This document shows, one piece after another, positions 35,309 through 46,342 of a stretch of 64,000 nucleotides of DNA. Source of the stretch: Dudresnaya verticillata (taxonomy: Eukaryota); assembly GCA_977862235.1 (NCBI GenBank), contig OZ374557.1, positions 1,302,001 to 1,366,000 on the forward strand, given 5' to 3'. A program made the position numbers and the translations under genes. The notes under the pieces were generated by a model, which was given only the letters and a program-made list of their open reading frames with translations, did not search any database and was not told the origin of the DNA. How positions within the stretch are numbered: the first letter of the stretch is position 1; each line of letters starts with the position of its first letter.

Positions 35309-35763
35309 GTTCCTGAGGCTTACGAAGTCCCCGACTTCTGAAAGTCGGTGGTGTTTGGCGTCTTGCTGTTACGTTGTTCCAGATTGTACAGTACTACGTG
35401 TTTCTGCTTTCAACGCCCAAGGAATGGATGCGTTCCATAGACATTCAGGAAGACAATACTGTATGGATGTGCCTGCATGGGTAGGTTTCAAATAGAATCA
35501 GCTGCATTCCCGCTCCATGAATCAAAGTTCTCCATTCAAAGTGAAATGGCACTCATTACCGCACTTCATTGAATTGTTCCTGTTGCGCAAGGTTCTAGCA
35601 CGCTGTGGCTTCGGGACAGTCGGGGCGAGGTTGCTGTTGGTGCACCGGTCAACATCTTGGTCACAAGGCCCTCTCTAGCTCCAGGCAAGCAAGCTCAGTG
35701 CTCAACACTTCTCAGCTGATGTGATACTATAGAAGCGTATCCCCTCCTAGCTACAGCCGGGAG

Positions 35764-35797
35764 CGGGACAAAACCGCCTACGGGACAAAACCGCCTA
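35764..35797 (+). repeat. 17-bp tandem duplication CGGGACAAAACCGCCTA
   Basis: Two exact adjacent copies. Confidence 0.8.
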
Positions 35798-37339
35798 CAG
35801 ATGGGATCCAGCCGTCAACGACGTACATTGCATGGCATCTATGACCCGAGTTAGTACTTCCCGTGCAGGCAAGCAAGTGGACATACGTTTGGAGCGCCAT
35901 GGAATACTGTATCGTGTAGCGAAGCTCTTTACCGAGTGAAGACCGCCGAATGTCGTTGCGGAACTTCTGTGACCCGGACGCTGACCCGCTGCTCATCCCG
36001 ACCCAGACCCTACGAACAATGACCTGTCTGTTGCTGGTTAGGCGGACGGTGCCCCTATGGTTTTCCAATGACAGGGAGGCTCAGGTGCTCGCGCTGGGGG
36101 GAGGGCAAGTTGGACAGACTTGTACAGCTCTAAAGGACGTCGTACGCGCATATCTACATGTAAAGTATTATACTGTACTGTACAAAAGCAGGGAACTGAG
36201 AACCTCGGAAACAGTGGAGGCCGCCAGTGGTGTGCTTCTTGAGAGGAAACGGACATTTATTCGCACGACTTCGGTGTGCGAGTAGGGCACGTTCAGCACC
36301 GTGGATATAACGCTATAGCAAGTGGTTTTCCAGTGAAGTAGATATAACTGCGCAGGGAGGTACAGGAGCGTTACATGCGAAAACAGGCCGTTTATGAACA
36401 ACCTCGCAAGGTACACGGCAACGAAGGAGAGCCAATCATTGTATGCGCACGTATGCTGGAAATGAAACCTTTTTGTTTTGAGATAATGTCGCATTTAGTG
36501 GGGCGACAGGGTCCCATTTTGTGGGAAACCGGGGGTGAAATCGGAACATTTGTTGCAATCAAAGGGCGACACATGCTGATTTGGATGAAGTACACATCCG
36601 ACATTGCGTTTTTGGTTGGAAGTAGTATGGTGAAAATTTTCAAGCCCCATCCGACAAATCCGGTAACGACGGTGACATACATTGTTTTGTTCACGACGGG
36701 GGGTGACAATGCAACTTTTGTTTACTCAGAGGGGTGAAATCGGATACTAGAGCGCTACTCCAATGCAGTGCTACTCCGCGGTATCCCCGTACAACTGCTT
36801 CAGAGGGCAATCTTTCACAGTGTGGTCAGTGAGACGACAGAGAGAGCAGCTGTACACGCGCTTTTTCTTCGCAGCAGGGCCTTTCTCGTACCAGTTCTTC
36901 TTACGCTTCCCGGCGTTCTTGACCGGGCGGTCACGGGGTGGCGGTAAGGCTTTGGGAATCTGGAGGTTTGCCCTCTTTGCGACAAGCAGCTTCGCATTAC
37001 TTATAACCTCATCCACGGAGAGTTGGGAGGGAAGGAAGCTTATACTCCACGTTCTCGTATTGTTTCACCCACGCTGCAGAAAGATGCCTACTGTCAATAA
37101 AGCGATGCAGGTTTCCTACTCCGTGCTTCTCAACAATAACAGCACCTCCGTGCCAACATGGGAATCCCGATCCATTTGTGGAATACGCACAGCATAGTGA
37201 CGGCGTCTGACGGTTTCTGCTGAGTGCCACATGGCGCAGAACTGTACCATTCTGCTGACTTGCCACAGTAGCTTCCATTTGCGACGTTCCATCCACAAAT
37301 CTAACAGATGCCTGATACACACGAGCCCGTTGCGCCAAA

Positions 37340-37389
37340 CGAGCGAGGTGCTTTTCCGTCCCAGCTGGGACGGAAAAGCACCTCGCTCG
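37340..37389. repeat. Perfect 50-bp palindrome with no spacer
   Basis: CGAGCGAGGTGCTTTTCCGTCCCAG followed directly by its reverse complement. Confidence 0.95.
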
Positions 37390-39093
37390 ATCGAATGTTG
37401 TTCCTGAGATCTGCAGACATCTGGCTCTCCGCTCCTTGAGATGTCGTTACCAGGTCCTTAAGTTTCGAAAACGCCCTATACAGCTCGCAGTCCGGGAAGC
37501 GGCTGAGATAGTCCTTTTATTTCTTTGAAAACTCTCCCTTGATGGTGTTCACTTCTCTTCTTGAAGGAGCACGAATGGCGCGTTCGTACAAACGAATCCC
37601 CTGCGCTTTATCGGATCCCGGCAGCGCAGACATGTTCTTCTTCACATGAAGCGGATAGAGGAACACGAACACGGCGGCGTTATTCATAACCTCTCAATAC
37701 GCGGCGTCGATGGACTTCTCTTGATCCACGATTGTCACCCCCTTCTCGATATCGAAGCCCTCAATGTCAACACATGGCTTAAAACGCTCGTCCACGACGC
37801 GATGTCTTCTGGTCCGACGAAGTGCGCGAAAACTATTGTACACAGTTGATGATTCGCATCGTACCCTACGACTTGAAAACTCGTTCCGTATGACGGGTAG
37901 CCGACGCTGTCGCAGTGTGTTGCATCTTCAGTCGCGGTGAGCCGTCCATTCGCGCAGTAGCTCTTCGCTATCGAGGGCACGAATATCAGACCACCGTAGT
38001 ATCGTGCGTCGTCTTCAATGTCAGACACATCCACGTCTTCTGCATCGAAAACAGCATCCTTGGGAATGTCACCCCCTTCTTGCACTGCTCGAAGATAGGA
38101 CGGGCAGACTTCCGCCGTGTTTCCTTCATCTCCGTCCCTTCGCAAATTATCACTTCAACTTCATGCCCCGCTCTTTTCAGCAAATCGGCGTACTCTTCCA
38201 ATGCAGCCATGTCAACCGCCCGAGAGACCGTAAAATGCCGAAGAAGCTCTCTTCGAACACTGCGGTAGTGACTGTACGGCGGTTAACGAAAATAGATGCG
38301 CTTGGCACGAACCACAGACTCAATAATCTTGCATGTTGAATTCGGGTCATGGTCGTGCATGTCCTCTAGAAATGCCCTCCCCACTTGCTGAGGGGCGTAT
38401 GCCGGGGCGCAGGACGAAGAACGAGACGAGATCTTCATTGGACTCTCAGCGACGTGTTGCCCGAGACATTCATTGAGGTGCTCCTGGTACTTATTGAGCT
38501 TCCAAAGCCCCGTCTTCGGCTGACAATCGAACAAGAATGTCGCCGGACACCCCTCGGTACGACAACTCATGCGTACTTTGGCGGCAGTCTGGTGAAGATT
38601 AACACCCCGCTGGACGCCAAGGTTCGCTGTATGAGCTCGGATAAGCTGCTCACATCTCCACCGAGCGTTTAGCGCGATCCCAACCTTCACGTGCACATCC
38701 ACAATTCCTCGTGGCTTCCAGGTCATTGCGGCCAACCGTTCCGCCCGCAGAGCTTCCCTGGCACGATGCATAGCCCGGCGCTTCGATTGCCGCTTCTGTA
38801 TGGCACGGCGTTCCTTCTTATCCAGCCCTTCCGGAATTGGGTCTTCAGCAGCAGGCTCTTCTATGTCGTCTTCCTCGACCTCAATGGCAATGTATGACAT
38901 CGGGTCGAACTCCTGGTCAGAGTTGTCGTCATCCTCGGAAAAGTCATTGATGTCGTCGGCACCTCCCTCGTCAGCACCAACTTCTTCGATTTCATCCTCA
39001 CTGAGGGGCGCATTACTGCCATGACCTCCTCCTTGGCTTCCCACGTTGTCGCACCCCCTACGCACACCATCACCAGATCCGGGGGGTCCGGTT

Positions 39094-39158
39094 TTGTCGC
39101 CCTCCCCATGGGCAGTGCACTGCACTAGGCAGTGCACTGCCCATGGGGAGGGCGACAA
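39094..39158. repeat. Perfect 30-bp inverted repeat with 5-nt spacer
   Basis: TTGTCGCCCTCCCCATGGGCAGTGCACTGC-ACTAG-reverse complement. Confidence 0.95.
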
Positions 39159-39329
39159 CACCGCATGCGGTCTTCGTCCGGCTCGAGTTGTTCCCCGATG
39201 CCAGACTCGCGAATGCCCTCTCCGTTTGGCGGCCCGACCTGTTCGTCGAGGCCAGAGTCGGGCGACGCCAAGATTGAACTTCGAACACGTTGCACTTGTT
39301 CGAACCTCTCCCGTGCCTGCCTATCCCTC

Positions 39330-40148
39330 TCAGCCCTCTCCCTCTCCCAAGTCCCCCGGTCTAACCGCGCCTCTCTTTCCCTTTCCTGGGCAACCCTCTC
39401 TTTCCAATCGCGCAGCCCCTTCTCTTTCTAAGCGCGCCGCCTCCCGCTCAGCAGTCTCGCGTTCCACGCGCACAATCTCCCGTTCCAAACGTGCCGCCTC
39501 CCTCCGAGCCCTTTCCTCCTCAGCCTCCCTACGAGCCCTTTCCTCCTCAGCCTCCCTACGAGCCCTTTCCTCCTCGGCTCTCTGCTTCTCAGTCCTCTCC
39601 CCTTCCAACCGCTGTGCCCTCTCCCGTTCTAACTTCTCTTCTTGCTCCGGTTGTCGCTTCTCCTGCTCCTCCTCTTCCTGTCGTTGCTTGTCCTCCTCCT
39701 CCCGCCATCGCAGCTCTTTCTCTTCCTGTACCCGCTCTTGCCCCTCCCGCCGCCTCTCCTTCTCCTGCTCACACTTTTCCTGCTCCTCGCGCTCCATTCG
39801 ATCGAGATCAAGCTCTCGTGGGGAGGAGGTCTTGCCAAAGACAATGAAACCCGGCAGTACAACCTCACCATCCTTCTCCTCAGTGACCTCCATGTACCGT
39901 ATTTCGTTCTCTGCCTGTTTCATTGCACGAGTGAGAACCTTCATGCAACGGTCAGCAGAGCGTGGCTGAACGGCGTGCACCTTGTCTGGGTGAACGAGAA
40001 CGGCCAGGCGACGGTAGGTCTTCTTCATTTCGCGCAGGGTGGCCTTGCGTGGTGACGGACAGAACACGTCGAGGAGGCTTGTGGCACCCTCTTCGACGGT
40101 TGCGAGATGTCGAATCGCCTGTAGTGTGGTTTGAGCCATGACCCGCAT
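39330..40148 (-). CDS. J-domain (DnaJ-type) protein with Glu/Arg-rich coiled-coil tail
   Basis: ATLREMKKTYRRLAVLVHPDK with an intact HPD motif; AEEERARRE repeats. Confidence 0.75.
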   Translation of the reverse strand: MRVMAQTTLQAIRHLATVEEGATSLLDVFCPSPRKATLREMKKTYRRLAVLVHPDKVHAVQPRSADRCMKVLTRAMKQAENEIRYMEVTEEKDGEVVLPGFIVFGKTSSPRELDLDRMEREEQEKCEQEKERRREGQERVQEEKELRWREEEDKQRQEEEEQEKRQPEQEEKLERERAQRLEGERTEKQRAEEERARREAEEERARREAEEERARREAARLEREIVRVERETAEREAARLEREGAARLEREGCPGKGKRGAVRPGDLGEGEG

Positions 40149-40670
40149 TTCGAATGTTTGCGCGCGGCCGGCGGGAAGTTGCGCGCGGCCTGTGGCAGGA
40201 GGTGCGCGATGGAGAGGGTGACAGTGTCCACTCGAGGGTGAACCGGTTGACTCAGGCGGAGGACGACGGGATGCTGGTTAAGGGGGCGACGGAGCAGATT
40301 TTTTTGGGTGGAAGATGTGCAAATACGAGCCGCAAGCAGTGGTTCGAGGAGTTGCCGCCCCTGCCTTCCGTTTCCCTGGGCTACTGCACAACATGCACTG
40401 ATGCACCGGTGACGAGCTTCATTTTTGATGTTTTAGTGGGGTGAACTTAATCTTGTTTGGGGCGACATGTCAAATTCTTGAACCAGGTGGGGGGCGACAT
40501 TTCAGATTTCACCCCCTCCATGACGCACATTCTGATAATGTCGCCCTCCGGTTCTGACAACTGTTGCAAATTCAGGTCCCGGCTGCAACAACAAATGGGG
40601 TTTCACCCCCGTTTTCCCTCAAAATCGGACCCTGTCGCCCCCCTAAACCCAAAATCTCCCTTACAAAAAA

Positions 40671-42750
40671 CAAGACCGTCCGGCAGGGCGCCGTACTAAT
40701 TTGGGGAGCTCTTTTTGATTTTTTGGAGTGATTTTATTGGTAGATTAAGAGAAACTTCTAGAGACGTATCGAGTAGAGCAGTACATATAGAGGTGGAGTG
40801 GCCAAGGCCTGGGCCGCCCCGCCGCCCCTCGCCCCGCGCGCCCGCCGCCCCGCCCGCGCGGCCGCCGCCCCGCCTCCCGAACGCTGTGTGTGTATGTATG
40901 TGTGTGTGTGTGTGTGCGTCTGCGTGTGAGCGTGGTGTGTGTCACGCGGGGAGGTGGAAAGAGCGTATATTTGGGGGCCGCTGTGCTCACCTGCGTCGGT
41001 CGCCTGTGTGTGTTATGATAATCACTTATGATAATAACTTCTCATGGCAAGCCAATTCAGCTTGTTATGATCATATCATATCATATCATAACAAGTCAAT
41101 TTGGCTTGTTATGATAAGTGATAAATGACAATTTGGCTTGCTATGATAAGTGAGATATGAATAAGCTTACGGTGAGAACTTATAAACAGCCATTCAATAC
41201 CCATTCTAAACTTATGGAGAGCGAATATGGATATTCAACCATTATGTGGAAAAATGTTTTGGAGCAATGATCTATGTGGCGTACTACATGTCCAACACAG
41301 ATAAATTGGGGAAGGTTCATGATTTGTTTCGAAAAGTGCGTAGGGTTGCTCCGAGTAGCAATTCTTCAGCCAAAATGAGAAAAATACTCCTTGCGGTAGA
41401 ATCATTTTGTCCATTCGAAGCACCTGAGGCGTCATCAAATCTTTTAGGATATCCTCATCGGTTTATGTCGTGGAAAGTGCTGAGAAGTAGATACAAGGCC
41501 ATATATTTCACTTGATATATTACAACAAGAGTAATTGAACCTCGATGAGTACCAAGTATCATTTTCTGGCGTTCTACAACAGTTCACTCACGGCAATGAC
41601 AAGACCGTGCGGCGGGCGCCGTACAAATTTGCAGAGCTCTTGATTGTTTTTTTGGAGAGATTTTATTGGTAGATTAAGAGAAACTTCTAGAGACATATGG
41701 AGTAGAGCAGTACATATAGCGTTGGAGAGGCAAGGCCTGGGCCGTCCCGCCTCCCCTCCCCCTCGCCCCGCGCGCGCGCCGCCCCGCTCGCGCGTCCCGC
41801 CCCCCGCCCCCCGTCTCCGGAGTGTGCCTGTTTGTGTGTGTGCAGTATACGTGGTATAACGAAGTCCACGGTGACGCGGGGAAGTCTCGCACTGTAAGAA
41901 ATGGCCTTGGAGCCTAACGAATGACCTCGTAGCGTAACGTAGAAACGAAAAGGGGTGGTAGCGGAGCGACCAACACGAAGGAACACGGTGTCAACGTATT
42001 GGTGTGCAGAAGGGAGAACTCGAGCGATCGATCACCGGGGATGACTCCGGGTGCGCGGGGCTATCGAAAGGGAGGCTCGACCGTATCCGCGGTCACGAAG
42101 ACGAAGACACCGAACTCGAAGAAACAGGCGTTTACCGAAGACTCCGAGGTCCGGGCGCTAGTCGCTTACCGGAAACCCTCGGAGGTTGTGCCAGACGACT
42201 GGATAAGTAATACTACGTGAGCACGAATGCACGTCAACGCGGAAGACGGTTCGCACTCGAATGATTCATAACGGCCTCGGTGCCAACGAACGGTCGACTC
42301 ACGTATGGTGGCGGTTACGAACTGCGCCAGCGATGCATACGGAGGTGCGCGTGTCTCGTGGGCCCCGGTGCCGTTATGCGCGGGAACCAATGGGAAAGTC
42401 ACGAAGGTGTCAGCGATTTCGTACCGGGTGCGCACTGTAATGCGTATGCCATTGTGGCGCGCGCGATCACGAAGTCGGCTCGGGATTCGTCCGGAGGTGT
42501 CAGCGATTTCGTATCACCTGCGTGCTATAATGCGAATGCCATCGTGGCGCGCGCACAGTATGCGCACTGTAATACGTTTGCCATCGTGGCGTGCGCATTC
42601 ACGGAGTCATTTCGAAATTCGTATTTCTCGATTATTTTCACGTAGGCCACGGCGTCGTTTGACGGATAGCGTCTATACCACAGTACATATAGCGTTGGAG
42701 CGGCCAAGGCCTGGGCCGCCGCCGCCGCCCTCTCCCTCGCTCCGCGTGTC
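40671..42750. repeat. Dispersed ~250-bp repeat unit: 40671-~40930, 41600-~41845 and partial 42683-42750
   Basis: Shared CAAGACCGT..GGGCGCCGTAC, ATTTTATTGGTAGATTAAGAGAAACTTCTAGAGAC and CAGTACATATAG..CAAGGCCTGGGCCG blocks, followed by GC-rich and (TG)n tracts. Confidence 0.85.
41850..42682. mobile_element. Solo LTR, inverted copy of 18327-19170
   Basis: CGTGGTATA...TATACCACA termini; flanks GTATA and GTACA (TSD with one mismatch). Confidence 0.88.
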
Positions 42751-43650
42751 TGTGGTGCAAGGGGAGGTGAGCCCTTTTTCGCTGAAAGCGGGCAGACCAA
42801 ATACGTCGACCGACGGAGAAACCGCCACCGGCGCTCACCACCGCCGTTGGCGCGCGAACACGTCACCGACGGCTCACTGGGGCGCGCGCGCACACTGCGC
42901 GCCGCGCGCCACGCGGGCACTGTACGGTGATGGGCCGACGTGGCGCCCCGGGGCACTGTAATACGGATCCAGATGGATCCGGATCCGGTATCCAGATTGG
43001 CTATCAGGATCGCCTAAGCTGTAAGATACGCGCCTGTAAGGCTGCGGGTATTCGCATTGTTGGCCCGATCCGGATGGGATCGGGATCGGACAAGTATCGG
43101 ATTAGATCCAAGGCGCACGCTCTACAGTATGCGCGCGCGCATGGCTGTAAGGCACACGCGTCCACGTGTGCGTGTAAGCACCCACACAGGGGGTTGTACG
43201 GCAATCTGTCAGGCGCGCGGCTGCATGCGATGGGTGATCTGTCAGACGCACCTCGGGACGACACGTGTCCCGAGTTCCCGCGCTACGCACACGCACCGCC
43301 ACCGCCGCACCGCCGCACTATACTTAGGTAAGCCGTCCCAGACGTAGCAGTAAACGCCCGGGCAAGCCGGTCTTGGTCCAGACTTCCCCGTTCCGCACGC
43401 GCGTATCCTACCGCTGCCTACGGCTCAAGCGTCTACCTCCCGTGCTTCCACGTCTATCATCGTCCTTGACGTGTTCCCTTTCTGTTTCCTTTTCCCTTCC
43501 CTTCCGCCTTGGGCGTTTACAGTCCGCCCAAGGCGTGTCCTTGCTCTACCAACAAGTCGCCCACGGCGGGACTACTCACCGCCAAGGGCGCAGCTGCCCA
43601 CCGAGCCCCGAACTGCTCGGTGGTCTATCGTCTCAGACGTTTGCACCACA
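42751..43650 (+). repeat. 5' LTR of Gypsy copy 2
   Basis: TGTGGTGCAA...TTGCACCACA, followed by PBS TGGTCTCCCGACCT at 43653. Confidence 0.93.
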
Positions 43651-44226
43651 TCTGGTCTCCCGACCTAGAATTTTGCTACGTTTCAACGAGTTGCTCCGTC
43701 GTGCGACGTCCGACTCTACGTCTTCAGACGTTTGTCGCTAATCGTCCACGACGTTCAAGCAACTCTACGATTGTATCATGGCCTCACGACCGCCGCCGTC
43801 GCGAGGCCCAAGTTCAAGAAGACCGTCTTCGACGCCTGGGAGTGTACCCGCGTCTGAACGGTCGCTACAGCGGATGACAACGAGGTCTGGGCGCCTCGTG
43901 AGCCCCGAGATCGCGTCGGCGTTCCCGACGCTACCCCGGGGCATGGCCACGCAGGCTCCCATGCGTCGCTCAATGGAGGAGAATTACCTCCCCCGCCGAC
44001 GCGCAACCCCGTCGTCGTCCGCACCTCCGTCCCCGAGGGATCGGTCCTCCGCACCTACCGCTCCTACGTTGACTCGGCTGATACAGTACAAGCCGAGCAA
44101 CAGGACGTCGTAGACGGAACACAAGCCGACATCGTCGAGAGACAACCGGAACTTCCGGATCAACCAACCACCCCCGTCAACGACGATCAAGGGCACTCCG
44201 CGGAGCGCAATGTCGCTGACGAACCA

Positions 44227-46342
44227 TTGACACACGGGGCATGTTGTCCCACTCCCCACGGCAGTGCCGGCTGTTCGCCGGCTAAGCCGAAGTCGCCAAG
44301 TCAAAGGGCGCAAGGGACGCCCGACCGGTCAAACCGCGAAAGCCAACCGCCAACGGCGTCACCCTCGGCCGTCCGCGTGAGTAACTTAACGATACCACGC
44401 GAACGGATCCGAGAGGTGTGCGTCTTGGAGGACGACGCGATGCTCGCTAGATTCGCCGGGTTGCTGGACGACAGTGTCGGAGGAATCACAAGTCGTCTAC
44501 AGACGTTGGAAGAGGATCGGAACGGTGCCCTACAAGGGCTTTGATCCGACCTCGACCGTCTATTGACGAACCAAAACGCCCAAGGCGAGGGTACACAACC
44601 ACCGCCGGCAGTAACGGTTCATTCGCGTTCGCATTCTGAGCGTAGCTCACGCGAACGCTTTCAGCGACTTGCGACTCGCTTAGAGCGTCTCGAAACCGCC
44701 AAGTGGCGCAACGGTCCACCGTCGGGTGACGAGAGCTCATGCGAAGATCGTCACAGACGTAAGAATCGGAAGAGATGCCGTCGTAAGCTGCGTCAGAGAC
44801 GGAAGAAGAACCGTCATCGACGTGGGGACTCATCCTCGTCCTCTTCGGACTCATCAAGTGACGGAGAGTCGTCAGACTCTTCGTCTGAAGACGACGACTT
44901 CCCAACTCTCGGCAGTGCCGCAAGACCTCGCGGAAAGCGGTTCAAGGGGTTGAAGGAGCTACGCCCCTCCAACCCCCTTTTCAATCAGTTATTATCGTAC
45001 AGGACGTACCGTCTCAAAGACGTAGGGCAAAAACGCTCCGGGCGCGATAGGGTAAGGTCAAGGACCATATTAAGCGCTTGTAACTGACAATGAAGGACGC
45101 CACCTTCAACGGCAGCGACTCCGTCATGGTCCTCGAGTTCCTGACGCGTTATGCGGATGAAGCCGATACGCTGGAGATGAGCGAAGCCCAAGCGTTCGTC
45201 GCACTGCCGTACTTCTTGCGAGGTACGGCAGCCACGCGATTTCGCTCCGTCAAGTCGACGTCTTCTCGCCATCGCGGCGGAGTGTCCTCGTATCCGGAGG
45301 CGGTACAGTACCTCCTCCGTACTTATGCTACGCCAGCGGCGATCAGGGACGCTGTCCTCGCCCTACGGTCGACTGCCCAGAAGCAAGGCGAGGACGAGAC
45401 GATCTATGGGATGCGGCTGGCCGGTGCGTGTATTCGTTGCGGTAACGTATATCCCGACTGGGAAAAGATGACGCTGTACATCGACCGGTTAGACCCGTCG
45501 ATCAGGTCCCTGGTCGCTCGCTTCCGAGAAGAAACGCCAAGGGCGCAGTTGTCATTTGAGCGGCTGGTCCACTTCGCACAGGGCGAAGGGGATGCTAACC
45601 GCGCACGACACGGCAGGGCCGGTTCCGCGTCAACGCGACGTGACCTAGTGACCCCAGCTCAAGCCGTACGCACATCGCGATCCGCCATCGGCGATGCCCG
45701 AGGTGTACTGCGTCCACAGACGAGAGGCGCAAAGCCTGGAGCGCGCGCATTGATAGTGGAGTCCTCCGTCGAGTTCCGAGACGTTAGCTGCCCTGTCGAT
45801 TACATGGAAACACACGCCGAAGGCGATCTGTACTTGGAAGACGAGCAAGCGTCGGTGCCAACCTCGGCTCTACCGACGGACAGCTACGTCGACGACGAAG
45901 AAGCAAGGGATATGGACCCCGCTCTCGCCTTTGGGCGCTCGGTCGTACCCGCGCCACGCGTCCCTATTCCGAGTATGCTCCTCACGTTCACCGAGCAAGG
46001 CCCGGATGGCAGGACAGAGGTCCGCCCCGTCAAGACGCACGTCGGCAGCTGGTATGCCACCAATGCTACGCCCGCGGACACATCGTGCCGGACTGCTTCC
46101 TCCGCATGAGCGACTTCATGAAGGTTATTACCAACTATGAAGGACTAACCGAGGCCGAGAAGATTGGTTTCCCCGCTGATGCGTATGTACGTTGCAAGTA
46201 ACGCGCGATCCGCGACGCTGCTCGCCGTGCTGCACGACCACAATCGCCACGAGGCGGACCCATGCCGCACGCGGCAGAACGTCATCCGACGATGATCAAT
46301 CGCTATGTAGCGCCACAACCACCGCCGCAGGCGAAAAACTAA
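44227..46342 (+). pseudogene. gag: gag of Gypsy copy 2
   Basis: Fragments 44227-44544, 44563-45087 and 45090-46109 match copy 1 gag; ends GAAAAACTAA. Confidence 0.85.

Larger units (their letters stand above)
36771..39161 (-). pseudogene. MULE transposase
   Basis: N-terminal CRTEGCP..W..H..C zinc-ribbon; DATH..YG..GYDANHQ..FA..E...W catalytic region; SWIM-like GFPCWH; CSLCRLTDHTVKDC knuckle. Frameshifts and stops. Confidence 0.87.
36480..40661 (-). mobile_element. Mutator-like DNA transposon (MULE) carrying a J-domain ORF
   Basis: Inverted repeat cores 36494-36540 and 40601-40647 (TTTAGnGGGGCGACAGGGTCCnATTTTGnGGGAAAnCGGGGGTGAAA) enclose the transposase. No clean TSD seen. Confidence 0.85.

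Noticed and set aside
39046..39969. 307-aa Ser-rich + strand ORF
   Set aside because: Antisense shadow of the Glu/Arg-rich J-domain ORF.
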